DNA of 63,068 bases, filler included, from an uncultured bacterium (GCA_964371695.1; 36 parts of 36 records of this genome joined end to end with filler, not necessarily neighbours in it); one strand, 5' to 3'; positions 11,186 to 22,332 are shown, counted from the first letter of the whole stretch. The notes: a model not told the origin generated them from the sequence alone. Numbers and translations are program-made.

Positions 11186-11779
11186 CACCTGATCCACTGG
11201 GATGCCCACCAGCCGGGCGGCGTCGCGGTCCTGCGCGATGCACCGCATGGCGCGCCCAAGGCGGGTGCCATAAATCAGGGTCATCAGGCCGGTGAGCGCG
11301 AGGGCCGTGACGCCGATGACCACGATGTCGGCCTGCCGCAAACGCAGCGAGGCCAGGGTGTAGGTGACATCAAACAGGGGCGGATAGGTTTTGGCGTCGT
11401 TGGCCACAAAAAGCATGACAAAGTTCATGAGAAACAGGCTCGCCCCGATGGCGCTGATGAGCAGGCTCAGGCGGGGCGCGCCCCGCAGGGGCCGGTAGGC
11501 CAGCCGCTCAATGCCCAGCCCCAACAGCGCCGTGGCCATCATGGCCAGCAACAGGGCGGGCAAAAACGCCATCAGGGCCGAAAACCCGGCCTGCATGAGT
11601 TTTTCCAGAAAAAACAACCCCAAAAACGAGCCACACATGAACACCTCACCGTGGGCGAAGTTGATGAGTTCCAGAATGCCGTAGACCATGGTGTAACCCA
11701 AGGCGATGAGCGCCAGCATGGCCCCCAGGGTGAGGCCATTGATGGTCTGCTGTCCCATGAGGCCCAGAAACTCAGCCAC
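11186..11779 (-). CDS. livH: Branched-chain amino acid ABC transporter permease (3' truncated)
   Basis: NGLTLGAMLALIALGYTMVYGILELINFAHGEVFMCG; TRLGRAMRCIAQDRDAARLVGI. Confidence 0.92.
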
Positions 11780-11907
11780 GGGTTTGCTCCGAATAAGGGC
11801 GGGGACTCATTCGGGGCCAGATTATATGACGTTCGGGCGGTGGCGGGCGAAAAGCAGCAGGGGCGGTTTTTGGCCGCCCCTGCTGCTTCGAAAAAGAAGG
11901 TGTTTCT

Positions 11908-12660
11908 TTACCCCACCATCAATTCGTAATGCGGTGTGAAGGCGGCTTCCAGTTTGCCCAGGGCGCGGCGGTGCAACTGGCTGATGCGGCTGATGGAGAG
12001 TTGCAGTCGGTGGCTCAGGGTGCGCAGGTTGGTTTCTTCAAAATAGATGGCTTCCACAATCTGGCGTTCGTTGGTGGAAAGCGTGGCCAGCCCCTGTTTG
12101 AGGATGTCCCGGCGGGTTTCCATCTGCATTTCGCGCACGGGGTTGAGGGTTTCTTCGTCGGCCAGCAGCGAGCCAAAGGTGCTGTCGCTGTCTTCGCCGT
12201 CGTGGCGCAGGGTTTCGTCCATGCTCTGGGTGGTGGCGCGGTTCAGTTCCTGGCGCAATTTCAGCAGGCGTTCCTGGCTCAGACCGGTTTCGTCGGAGAT
12301 GGACTGAAGGTTGATTTCCTGCTGGCCGCAGGCGAGTTTCTGCATGGCTTTTTCGACTTTTTTCTGTTTGCTGCGCACCGAGCGGGGAACCCAGTCATAG
12401 CGGCGCAGCTCGTCAATCATGGCCCCATAAATGCGGCTGGAGGCGTAGGTCTCGAACTTGACCCCCTTGCTGGCGTCGAACTTGTTGATGGCGTCAATGA
12501 GGCCCAACACGCCGTAGCTGAACAGGTCATCCTTTTCGACATTGGAAGGAAACCGGGGGTGGACGGCTTTCACCATTTGCTCCACCAGATAGGCGTATTT
12601 TTCCACCAAGCGGTTGCGTTCTTTTTCGCTGAGGATGACTTTGAGGGGAGCGGTTGACAT
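11908..12660 (-). CDS. fliA: RNA polymerase sigma-28 factor (FliA/WhiG/SigD family)
   Basis: DDLFSYGVLGLIDAINKFD, FETYASSRIYGAMIDELRRYDWVPRSVR, SRISQLHRRALGKL. Confidence 0.92.
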   Translation of the reverse strand: MSTAPLKVILSEKERNRLVEKYAYLVEQMVKAVHPRFPSNVEKDDLFSYGVLGLIDAINKFDASKGVKFETYASSRIYGAMIDELRRYDWVPRSVRSKQKKVEKAMQKLACGQQEINLQSISDETGLSQERLLKLRQELNRATTQSMDETLRHDGEDSDSTFGSLLADEETLNPVREMQMETRRDILKQGLATLSTNERQIVEAIYFEETNLRTLSHRLQLSISRISQLHRRALGKLEAAFTPHYELMVG

Positions 12661-12694
12661 TTTGGGTTTGCCTCCTGAGATTGAAAAAAGGAGA

Positions 12695-12709
12695 GCAATC
12701 CTGGTGCCA
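12695..12709 (-). promoter_or_regulatory. Sigma-54 (-24/-12) promoter of fliA
   Basis: Minus strand reads TGGCAC-CAGGA-TTGC, an exact match to TGGCAC-N5-TTGC, ~35 bp upstream of the ATG. Confidence 0.75.
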
Positions 12710-12770
12710 AGTGAGAAAAAGGTTTTTTGAGGGGTTTTGTCAGCGTTTTAGAAGCAGAAGGCGTGCTTTT

Positions 12771-12836
12771 GGGTCATTCTGACCCTTATTGGGGCGGGAG
12801 TGTGTGGGTCAAAATGGACTTCGCTCAAAATGACCC
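12771..12836. promoter_or_regulatory. Putative enhancer-binding-protein sites (GTCA-N3-TGAC palindromes)
   Basis: GGGTCATTCTGACCC (12771-12785), GGGTCAAAATGGACT (12806-12820), CGCTCAAAATGACCC (12822-12836), 60-130 bp upstream of the sigma-54 motif. Confidence 0.55.
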
Positions 12837-13128
12837 TGAAAAATATCGGTGGCAACTGGTCGAATAAGAGGAAGAATCACACCCGGTTTTCGACAAAGTC
12901 CTGCCACAGCACCTTGCGCAGGGTGTTCTTCCANNNNNNNNNNNNNNNNNNNNNNNNNNNNNNNNNNNNNNNNNNNNTTAATTAATTAANNNNNNNNNNN
13001 NNNNNNNNNNNNNNNNNNNNNNNNNNNNNNNNNAGAGGGCAAGAAAAAATGCTCTTATTTCGTCCACGTCTACTCCGAAAATGCTCTAAAAGCAGTCAAA
13101 AAACTCACAAAACAGGCTCTGAAAGAGG

Positions 13129-13641
13129 CTACTGCGCCGCCGCCAGGGCGTCGCCGGTGAGCGAGGGAGCCGACACCGAAAAATTCATGCCCAGCAAAAT
13201 GCTGCCGTGGTTTGAAATCACCGGCACCGCCAGGGTGGGCTTGGCTGGGGCCGCCTGACGCAGGGGCAGCGTGAACAGCACCGGCGGCGTCACCGTGCAG
13301 CCATAACCCTGGCGCGACAGACTGTGGGCGGCGCTCGTGGCCATCACCTGGGTGATTTCCAGCAGGGCGCTCTGGGCCATCACGTCCAGCCGGTTGATGT
13401 TCAGGCCCAGCAGCATGGCCCCGGCCACCTTCAGGGCGGCCTGCTGATCCATGGCCAGCGAATAGGTGCCGTTTATATCACCCTTCAGCCCCACCCGCAC
13501 CATCACGCCGCCAGAAAAAGGCGGAAACTCCTTGCACAGCGCGGGCGGGCCTTTTTTCACATCCAGCAGCAGACGCATGTCCAGATAGGTGAGGGAGGTG
13601 AGGACAAAAGGATTGAGCACTTCGGCCTTGGGGGCGGACAT
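13129..13641 (-). CDS. cheX: Chemotaxis phosphatase CheX-family protein
   Basis: EVLNPFV, VGLKGDINGT, ALKVAGAML, SALLEITQVMA, VTPPVL; Gln replaces Asn in the ExxN motif. Confidence 0.75.
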   Translation of the reverse strand: MSAPKAEVLNPFVLTSLTYLDMRLLLDVKKGPPALCKEFPPFSGGVMVRVGLKGDINGTYSLAMDQQAALKVAGAMLLGLNINRLDVMAQSALLEITQVMATSAAHSLSRQGYGCTVTPPVLFTLPLRQAAPAKPTLAVPVISNHGSILLGMNFSVSAPSLTGDALAAAQ

Positions 13642-13881
13642 ATCAACGCACCCCTTTCCGAAAAAGCGTTATCCCTTTCAGCGCAGCAAAAAACTGGCTG
13701 AAAACGGCTGGCGTGAACCCATGCACCAAACCCATGGCAGGCAGGTTAGCAACCCAGAAACGTTGTTCCTAAAGAAAATGGTTAAATTATTTTAAACACC
13801 TGTGTTTTTTCATGTGGGGTGTGTAGATGCGGGCGAATGTTCTGCATTTATTCACGCGCCGCTTCCTTTGCCCTTTTTGAG

Positions 13882-14059
13882 GTAGCCCCGGCGTCCCCGC
13901 CGGGAGTGTCCACCGCGCCAAAGGCGCGCACCATTCAGATTCCTCTTCGTGTTTCCCGGAAAAAATCTCCTTTGGTGTCGCCTTCGGCGTTTTTTTCTCC
14001 CGGCGGGACGCCGGGGCTACCAATAAACCTGACAGCAATGGGCAGGATGCCTGTGCTAC
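13882..14059. repeat. REPIN-like element, family D, copy 1
   Basis: GTAGCCCCGGCGTCCC(C)GCCGGGAG...CTCCCGGCGGGACGCCGGGGCTAC terminal inverted repeat; near-identical copy at 15712-15885. Confidence 0.88.
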
Positions 14060-14090
14060 GAAAAACAAAAACGTCACCAGCCCTCCAGCC

Positions 14091-14780
14091 TCAAAGCTTA
14101 AGCCTGCCCTTCTCCCGCTTGTGCCGGAATGACGCCTTCTTCGCTTTTTGCATCACCCGCACAAGCAACACTTCGCGTTCGGTCAGGCCCTCCTGCTCCA
14201 TCAGGTGGCGCGCCAGTTGCAGCAGTCGCCCCACCTCCGGCCCCGGTGGCACACCCGCCGCCATCAGGTCCCGGCCATTGAGGGGCAGGGCCAACTCGGC
14301 AGGCAAAGAGGGGGCCAGCAACTGCCGGTGGCGCAAAAGGGCCAGCGTCTGCAACTGGCTGTGGCTGGCCAAGCAGTCGGCCTGATGCAGCAGCAGGTGA
14401 TCGGTGGCCAGGTCTTCGTGCAAAAACTGCGACAGCTTTTGCCCCCGCACCTCGGCCACGTCCTTGAAGAACAGGTGTTTCTGCACCAGACGCACCACCT
14501 CTTTGACAAAAACCGAAGGCGCGCCAAAGCGGTTGAGGATTTTGCCCGCCATGTCCGCGCCCTGCTCCACGTGGCCATAAAAGGTGGTTTTGCCGTTTTT
14601 CTGCCCCCGTGTGAGGGGCTTGGCCACGTCGTGCAGCAGGGCGGCCCAGCCCAGTCGCGGCGTGGTGCGCCCCAGCGCCCGCAACAACAAAAGGGTGTGT
14701 ACCCACACGTCGCCTTCGGGGTGGTTGGGCGGCCCCTGTTCCACGCCCCGCATGGCGGCCACTTCGGGCAGCACGCCCTG
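14091..14780 (-). CDS. cca: CCA tRNA nucleotidyltransferase/poly(A) polymerase family, HD-domain C-terminal part (5' truncated)
   Basis: LPEVAAMRGVEQGPPNHPEGDVWVHT, AALLHDVAKP, FYGH, LNGRDLMAAGVPPGPEVGRLL. Confidence 0.85.
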   Translation of the reverse strand, partial: QGVLPEVAAMRGVEQGPPNHPEGDVWVHTLLLLRALGRTTPRLGWAALLHDVAKPLTRGQKNGKTTFYGHVEQGADMAGKILNRFGAPSVFVKEVVRLVQKHLFFKDVAEVRGQKLSQFLHEDLATDHLLLHQADCLASHSQLQTLALLRHRQLLAPSLPAELALPLNGRDLMAAGVPPGPEVGRLLQLARHLMEQEGLTEREVLLVRVMQKAKKASFRHKREKGRLKL

Positions 14781-14880
14781 NNNNNNNNNNNNNNNNNNNN
14801 NNNNNNNNNNNNNNNNNNNNNNNNTTAATTAATTAANNNNNNNNNNNNNNNNNNNNNNNNNNNNNNNNNNNNNNNNNNNN

Positions 14881-15660
14881 GCCCCCCACAAACACCACGG
14901 GGTGGCGGCCTTCTTTTTCGTTGCGGGGGCCCACAACAAAAAACTCCTGAGGGCTGAGAAAAACCTCGTCGCTGTGAAAGTGAAACTGCACCGCGCTAAG
15001 CCGCCACGCTCCCTCAAAAGGGGTCTTGCCGCCCCCACCCTCCAGCAGCACCTCGATGTGCTCCCAGTCGCTTTCGTGGCTGTTGCTCCATTTGTCATAG
15101 GGATAAAAAAACCAGTAACGCAGCACCAGCCGTTTTCCGTTTTTTTGCGGCGGCAACCACAGGCCCTGCACCAGCACCGTAGGCGGATAAGCCGCCTTGA
15201 CCGGGTCGCTGCCCTGAATACGCCGCCATTCGGTAATCCACGAGGCATCCTCTTCACCCGGCCCCAGGTTTTCGCCAGGGCCATCGATGTAATAAACATA
15301 GGGCTGCCCCCCCGGCGCCTGGCTGGGCAGCGTGTGCCAGGGGCGCTGGCTCAGCACACTAGCCGAGAGGACCTCCTGGGGATTTTCGGGCTGGCCATCG
15401 GCCCTCAGCAAACCCCGCATGAGAGGCGAGCCGTTGTGCCACTGATAACTGGGCAACACGGGCCAGATGTCCCCACCGGTGACCGCCAGACAGGGAGCAA
15501 AACGTTTCACCAGTTTCAGATAGGCGGGCTGTCGGGCCTCCTGGGCGCTCACCACACGGCCTTTTTCAGCGGCAGGCTCACCCGCCAGCAGTGGCAACGG
15601 GGCCATCGCCCCGACCATCAGGGCCAACCAACAGAACAACCGCCGCAACACACCGCGCAT
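14881..15660 (-). CDS. Secreted protein with Vps62/NPP1-like HExDWE motif (3' truncated)
   Basis: Signal peptide; LRYWFFYPYDKWSNSHESDWEHIEV. Confidence 0.65.
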
Positions 15661-15711
15661 CTTAACAGAAACTTAAAAATCCTGGTGAGCCGAAAAGAAC
15701 GCGTCTGGGAT

Positions 15712-15885
15712 GTAGCCCCGGCGTCCCGCCGGGAGTGTCAACCGCGCCAAAGGCGCGCACCATTCAGATTCCTCTTCGTATTTCCCTGAAAAAACCCTGT
15801 TTTGTGACGCCTTCGGCGTTTTTTTGCTCCCGGCGGGACGCCGGGGCTACCAATAAACCTGACAGCAATGGACATCCCTGTGACT
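15712..15885. repeat. REPIN-like element, family D, copy 2
   Basis: Same GTAG-terminated inverted repeat, internal GCGCCAAAGGCGC and CGCCTTCGGCG hairpins, and 3' tail CAATAAACCTGACAGCAATG. Confidence 0.88.
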
Positions 15886-15917
15886 CATTTCAAATCGAAT
15901 GAACCACTGGGGCCAGA

Positions 15918-16624
15918 TCAACCCAGTTTGAGGTGAATGGAGAGCAGGCCCCAAAGCGAATTGCCCACCTGGGGGTTGAAGGCATCAGTCAGGGCCGAAA
16001 CCTGTTTTTGCGGCGTCAACGCCCGGTTGTGAAGGTCATTGTTGATTGCCGTAAAACGGCTCTCTAGTCCGCCGACCTGACTCCGGTTTTCGCCAAGAAA
16101 TTCAAGGGCATGGTCAATGGTGTCAATGGCATTTCTGGCCTTTTCAGCCGTGGTCGCGTCTGCTTTTGACAGACCGCTTGTTTCCGCCGTGCTTGTTTTG
16201 AAATTCTCAACGATATGTTCGTCCGCTCCCGGCCCCACCTGAAAGGTCAGGTCCCAGTCGTCGAGAATCACGGATCTGGTGGTGATGATCTTTTCCGTCA
16301 CCACTTCTTGAGTCGTTTCTTTCCCGATATCCTTTTCAACACTGGCGATGAAGTTCTTGGTCACTTCGTCAACCCACTTTCCCCCACTGTCCAATTTAAC
16401 GGTGCCACCCTCACCAACCTTGCTAATCACATCCAGATAATCCTTGTCTGCGGTCTCGTCTGGGTTGAGTTCCCACCCTGAAGTTATTGGGTTATACGTA
16501 TACAGTACCCCTCCTCCACCAACAACAAAAAGCTCCGAACCGGCCGATTTCAGTGCATCCGCCACCTTCTGCCTGAAAATCTCCGGTTTTTCACCGGGTT
16601 GCAGTTCGGCATTCTGGTTTATGT
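15918..16624 (-). CDS. Flagellin-like protein, C-terminal part with divergent end (5' truncated)
   Basis: LTFQVGPGAD...ARNAIDTIDHALEFLGENRSQVGGLESRF matches the flagellin C-terminal D1 region; lower GC than neighbouring genes. Confidence 0.65.
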
Positions 16625-16724
16625 NNNNNNNNNNNNNNNNNNNNNNNNNNNNNNNNNNNNNNNNNNNNTTAATTAATTAANNNNNNNNNNNNNNNNNNNN
16701 NNNNNNNNNNNNNNNNNNNNNNNN

Positions 16725-17123
16725 GTGCTGGACCGCCCCATCTTTGAGACGTATTACAAAGACGACGAACTGGGCGACCCCATGATCAACCCGGATCACA
16801 TCCGCGCACTGGGTCTCGCCAGCGGCGGTGAAATGAAAACCATCGAAAAACTGGCCCGGCACATCAACAAGCTGCTGGTGAAATACATGGCCAAACGGGG
16901 TCTGCAACTGGTGGATTTCAAGCTGGAGTTTGGCCGCCCCCACGACAAGGGCGAGAACGAAGGCGGCCTGATTCTGGCCGACGAAATCAGCCCCGACACC
17001 TGTCGCCTGTGGGATGCCGCTACACACGAAAAACTCGACAAGGACCGGTTCCGTTTTGACCTGGGGAAGGTGGAGGAAGGTTATCAGCAGGTCTACCAGC
17101 GGGTCACAGGAGAAAAACCATGA
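16725..17123 (+). CDS. purC: SAICAR synthase, C-terminal part
   Basis: [43 protein letters not shown]. Confidence 0.96.
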   Translation: MLDRPIFETYYKDDELGDPMINPDHIRALGLASGGEMKTIEKLARHINKLLVKYMAKRGLQLVDFKLEFGRPHDKGENEGGLILADEISPDTCRLWDAATHEKLDKDRFRFDLGKVEEGYQQVYQRVTGEKP

Positions 17124-17389
17124 AAACCTATCACCTGCAGGTGTTGGTGCGCCGCCGGGCGAACATTCTCGATCCCCAGGGTCAGGCCCTGGAAAAAAGC
17201 CTCTCGCGCCTGGGTTTCAAGGGTGTGGAAGACGTGCGGGTGGACAAGGAAATCCGCCTGAGCGTGTCGGCCCAAAACCTCGCCGAGGCCAAATCCCAGG
17301 CCAAGAAAATGTGCGACCGCCTGTTTGTCAATCCGGTGCTGGAAGACGCCATCATCACGCCGATTGACCATCTTGCAGGGGTTTTGTAG
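17120..17389 (+). CDS. purS: FGAM synthase subunit PurS
   Basis: [33 protein letters not shown] overlap with purC. Confidence 0.95.
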   Translation: MKTYHLQVLVRRRANILDPQGQALEKSLSRLGFKGVEDVRVDKEIRLSVSAQNLAEAKSQAKKMCDRLFVNPVLEDAIITPIDHLAGVL

Positions 17390-17444
17390 CAAACATCCAG
17401 GTGCATCCCCCCGTTTCCTTGACATGAAAAACTCGGCTCATTTC

Positions 17445-17608
17445 ATATTCTGGTTCGCCGGTTTCATCCGTGAAACCTTACGAACAACACCGCACGGTTC
17501 AGACCACCCCGGTCGGTGGCGTGGTTGGGCTGTGGCTTTGTTGCCAGTTAAGTTCAGGTCAGCGCCTCCCCGTTCTGAACCGGCGGCGGAACGGGCCATC
17601 CATGGCCC
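17445..17608 (-). ncRNA. Candidate structured element, family A, copy 2 (between purS and purQ)
   Basis: Hairpin 17453-17485; stem CACCGC-A-CG-GTTCAGA (17488-17503) pairing with TCTGAAC-CG-GCGGCG (17574-17588); GGGCCA-TCCA-TGGCCC (17593-17608). Confidence 0.6.
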
Positions 17609-17655
17609 TTGGCTTCCTGATTCTTCCATCATCCTGATAGTCGGGGGTTCTTGAA

Positions 17656-18372
17656 ATGATCGCCACCAGAACACCATCCATTTCTAAAAAAAACCTCCGT
17701 TTCACCGTGGTGCGTTTTCCGGGCAGCAACTGCGATTTTGACTGCGCCTGGCTGGTGGAGCACCGCCTGAATCAGCCTCTGGCCTGGGCTTGGCACGAAG
17801 ATAAAAAACTGCCCCCCACCGATGTGTTGCTGGTGCCCGGTGGGTTCAGTTATGGCGACTATCTGCGGGCCGGAGCCATCGCCGCCACCAGCCCGGTGTG
17901 TGAGGCCATCGTGCGACACGCCGAAAAAGGTGGTTTGGTGATGGGCATCTGCAACGGGTTTCAAATACTCACCGAAATCGGCCTGCTGCCCGGCGCGTTG
18001 CAGCAGAACAGCGGCCTTCGGTTCGCCTGCCAATGGGTGCATCTGCGGGTGGAAAACAACACCGGGCCGTTTTTGTCGCACCTGCCCGTGGGCACGGTGC
18101 TGCGTTTGCCCATCGCCCATGCCGAGGGCAACTACACGCCCCCCGCCAAGGGTCCGCGCCCCGTGGCCGCCCTGCTTTATTGCGATGAAAACGGCGTGGT
18201 TTCCGAGGCGTCCAATCCCAACGGCAGCGTGGGCAACATCGCGGGCCTCCTCAACCAGCAGGGGAATGTGCTGGGACTGATGCCCCACCCCGAACGGGCC
18301 GCCGACCCCCAACTGGGCGGCACCGATGGCCTCGCGCTTTTCAGTGCGCTGGGTTTGCCGCCACGGGCCTGA
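17656..18372 (+). CDS. purQ: FGAM synthase glutaminase subunit PurQ
   Basis: FPGSNCD, PGGFSYGDYLRAGAIA, GICNGFQIL, AHAEG, LMPHPER. Confidence 0.96.
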   Translation: MIATRTPSISKKNLRFTVVRFPGSNCDFDCAWLVEHRLNQPLAWAWHEDKKLPPTDVLLVPGGFSYGDYLRAGAIAATSPVCEAIVRHAEKGGLVMGICNGFQILTEIGLLPGALQQNSGLRFACQWVHLRVENNTGPFLSHLPVGTVLRLPIAHAEGNYTPPAKGPRPVAALLYCDENGVVSEASNPNGSVGNIAGLLNQQGNVLGLMPHPERAADPQLGGTDGLALFSALGLPPRA

Positions 18373-18544
18373 TTTGCCCGGCCCAGGGATTAAAAGTTAA
18401 AAGGTAAGCCCCCTCTCCCCTTTAATGGGGAGAGGGTTGGGGTGNNNNNNNNNNNNNNNNNNNNNNNNNNNNNNNNNNNNNNNNNNNNTTAATTAATTAA
18501 NNNNNNNNNNNNNNNNNNNNNNNNNNNNNNNNNNNNNNNNNNNN

Positions 18545-19082
18545 CGGTGAAGGTCTGCATGTCATAGTCCCCGCCCCAGTGCAGCGTCATTTTCTGCGAC
18601 TGGTAATTGTCGGGATTGAGCAGGGCAGAGAAGGGCACCCAGAACACCTGCTCGATTTCGGCGGTGTCGGGTTCCACGGCCTGGGGGTCTTCCAGCAGGG
18701 CCACAAAGGGGCGGATGACGTAACCCGTGATGGTGTGTACGTCGTCCAGTTCGCCCAACAGGGTCACTTTGTCGCTGGGCACGGAGAGTTCCTCCCAGGT
18801 TTCCCGCAGGGCGGTTTGCCACAGGCTGCCGTCTTCGGCAGAAGGTTTGCCGCCGGGAAAACAGATTTGCCCCGGGTGGGAGGCCAGAGAGGCCGCCCGT
18901 TTGGCCAGCAGCAGGTGGTCTTCGCCCCGCAGGTTGGCCAGGGGCACAATCACGGCGCTCTGGCGCACATCGGGGGCGTCCAGTGCTCTTTTGGTGTGTT
19001 GTTCCAGGGCCTGGCGATAGTGGCTGGTGGTGGTGGTCACAGCGACAAGTTTATAGGGATTTGAATAAGATTGTGTGCGCAT
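18545..19082 (-). CDS. Nudix hydrolase, CoA pyrophosphatase type (3' truncated)
   Basis: LLAKRAASLASHPGQICFPGGK...TALRETWEEL (NuCoA motif plus Nudix box). Confidence 0.88.
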
Positions 19083-19115
19083 AATTTTTCAGGCAGCCGA
19101 AAAAATAAAAAGACT

Positions 19116-20252
<1,137 letters not shown>

Positions 20253-20352
20253 NNNNNNNNNNNNNNNNNNNNNNNNNNNNNNNNNNNNNNNNNNNNTTAA
20301 TTAATTAANNNNNNNNNNNNNNNNNNNNNNNNNNNNNNNNNNNNNNNNNNNN

Positions 20353-21329
20353 TTCAGTTCGTTTTTGAAACCGGCCCAACTGTCGCCCAGTGTGCCCTGC
20401 AGGTCGTTCCAGGGGGTGCCCACGGCCAGCAGCTTGAAAGTGCCTTTGGACTCTTTCAGGCCCGCCTTGAGCCACGCCAGTTGTTTTTTGCCCAGCATGG
20501 TTTTGGCCGGGCTGTTGGGGGTGCTGTTGGGGTCGCGGTGAAAACGTCCGTCCAGCAGAAACACGTCCACGTCTCCCATGCTGAACTTGCTGTAAACGCC
20601 GGGGTTGCCCGGCTCGCCATAACCCAGATTGGCCCAATAACGCTTGAACATGGACAGGGCGGAGTTTTTTTCCGGGTGGCGCTGATCCCAGTCGTTGAGG
20701 CCGAAGTCGTGGTCATCCCAGGTGGCGAACTGGGGAATGTGGACATTCACCTTTTCCTGTTCAGGCACGTCGCGCTGCATGCGATAAAGCTCTGCGAGCA
20801 CGGTGGGTTGCAGGGTGTCGCCATAGATGTTGTCGCCCACCCACATGAACACATCGGGGCGTTTGGCCCACACGGTGTTCCAGATGGGCTGGCTGCGGTC
20901 GGCCTGCACCTTTGAGCAACTGCCAAAACCGATCTTGAACTTGCCTTTGGTTCCGGGGGCGGGAAAGGTCTTGAAGGTGGGGTCTTCGGTGGAGCGGGTG
21001 TAATAAGACGCCAGACCGTTGGTGAGTAGGTCGTATTCATAAACGGTGTCGGGCTTGAGGTTTTTCAGGGGAATCTGCACCACAAATTCGTCGGCCTTTT
21101 TGGCGGTGATGGCCTCGCTCATCAGCCACTGGCCCGCCGTGACTTTTTCGCGGTATTTCACCTGCACGGGAATCTCGTCACTGGCTCTGGCCCACACGAT
21201 CACGCTGTTGTGGGTCATGCCCCCCAGAAAGGGGCTGTTGGTGAGCCGCAGGTTGCCGCGCATTTCGGCGCTGGCCACACCAGCCAAAACCAAAGCCGCA
21301 CAAAAAAAAATAACCGGTTTCAGAAGAAT
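20353..21329 (-). CDS. phoD: Alkaline phosphatase D family protein (3' truncated)
   Basis: FGSC, WVGDNIYGD, TWDDHDFGLND, LLDGRFHRD, TMLGKKQLAWL; signal peptide; start inferred at an ATT 6 nt after AGGAG. Confidence 0.85.
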
Positions 21330-21382
21330 GGGTTTCTCCTGAAGGAAGATGCGCCCATTGTAGGCCGGATTATTAAGGTCCG

Positions 21383-22058
21383 TTATCGCCCGCCCAAAGC
21401 CACCAGCGAGAGCGCCGCCATCAGCCCCAGGCTCAGCGCGAGTCGCCAGGGGCTGAAACGCCTTTGGCTGAACTGGTCCAGTCCCTCGACAAAAATCAGG
21501 CTTACGTTGCGTATGACGATGGCCTCGCCCGCGCCCACGTGCCCAAGGGCGGTGAGAAACAGAAAAAAGCTGAGCCAAGTGAAAAAACCGGCCAGTGTGT
21601 CCAGGGGTCTGAAGAAAGGTTGTTTGTCGCGCCACAGCAACCAAGCCGCCACCAGCCCCAGGGGGGCCATGCCCAGCAACTGAGACTGCACCGGCAGCAG
21701 GCCGCCCTGTTCTGCGGCTTTGAATCCGGCGGTGTAACACACAATGGTGACGCCGGTGAGCAGGGCATAGGTGATGGCCATGAGGTTGCCGCCCCGTGGG
21801 GGTTTCAGCCCCGCCATGGCGGCCATGGCTCCCAGCACACCCAGCAGCCGCAGGGTTTCCCATTTTTCGTGGAACAACAGAATGCCCAGGGGAATGCCCA
21901 ACACGGCGGCGGACCCCCGCACGATGGCATAGGCCGGCCCGGCGCTGGCCAGGCGATAGGCCCACATGAGGGTAAACAAGAACACCGTTTCACCCACACC
22001 CGCAAAAAAAATGCCTGTTCCCCACTGGCTGATGGGTGGATATTGCCAAGCCATGGGC
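21383..22058 (-). CDS. EamA/DMT family membrane transporter (5' truncated)
   Basis: Multiple TM helices; AYRLA...AYAIVRGSA...LFHEK, RNVSLIF. Confidence 0.75.
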
Positions 22059-22332
22059 NNNNNNNNNNNNNNNNNNNNNNNNNNNNNNNNNNNNNNNNNN
22101 NNTTAATTAATTAANNNNNNNNNNNNNNNNNNNNNNNNNNNNNNNNNNNNNNNNNNNNAATATAAGCAGGGCTGGCTCTTTTTGTCTCGCGGCCAAGTGC
22201 CCTTTCTTGTCTTAATTTACTATGAATTTGCTCTAACGCCTGAAGAAGTCAAGCCCAAAGGCCTGATTTAACCCGGCGTTCACCTTTCTTTTTCTTCATC
22301 ACACCTTTACGCAGGGCTGGGATTTTCGGGTT

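Noticed and set aside
20301-21965. 554-aa ORF suggesting an N-terminally extended PhoD fusion
   Set aside because: The upstream part overlaps the EamA gene in another frame; RBS and signal peptide place the phoD start near 21329.
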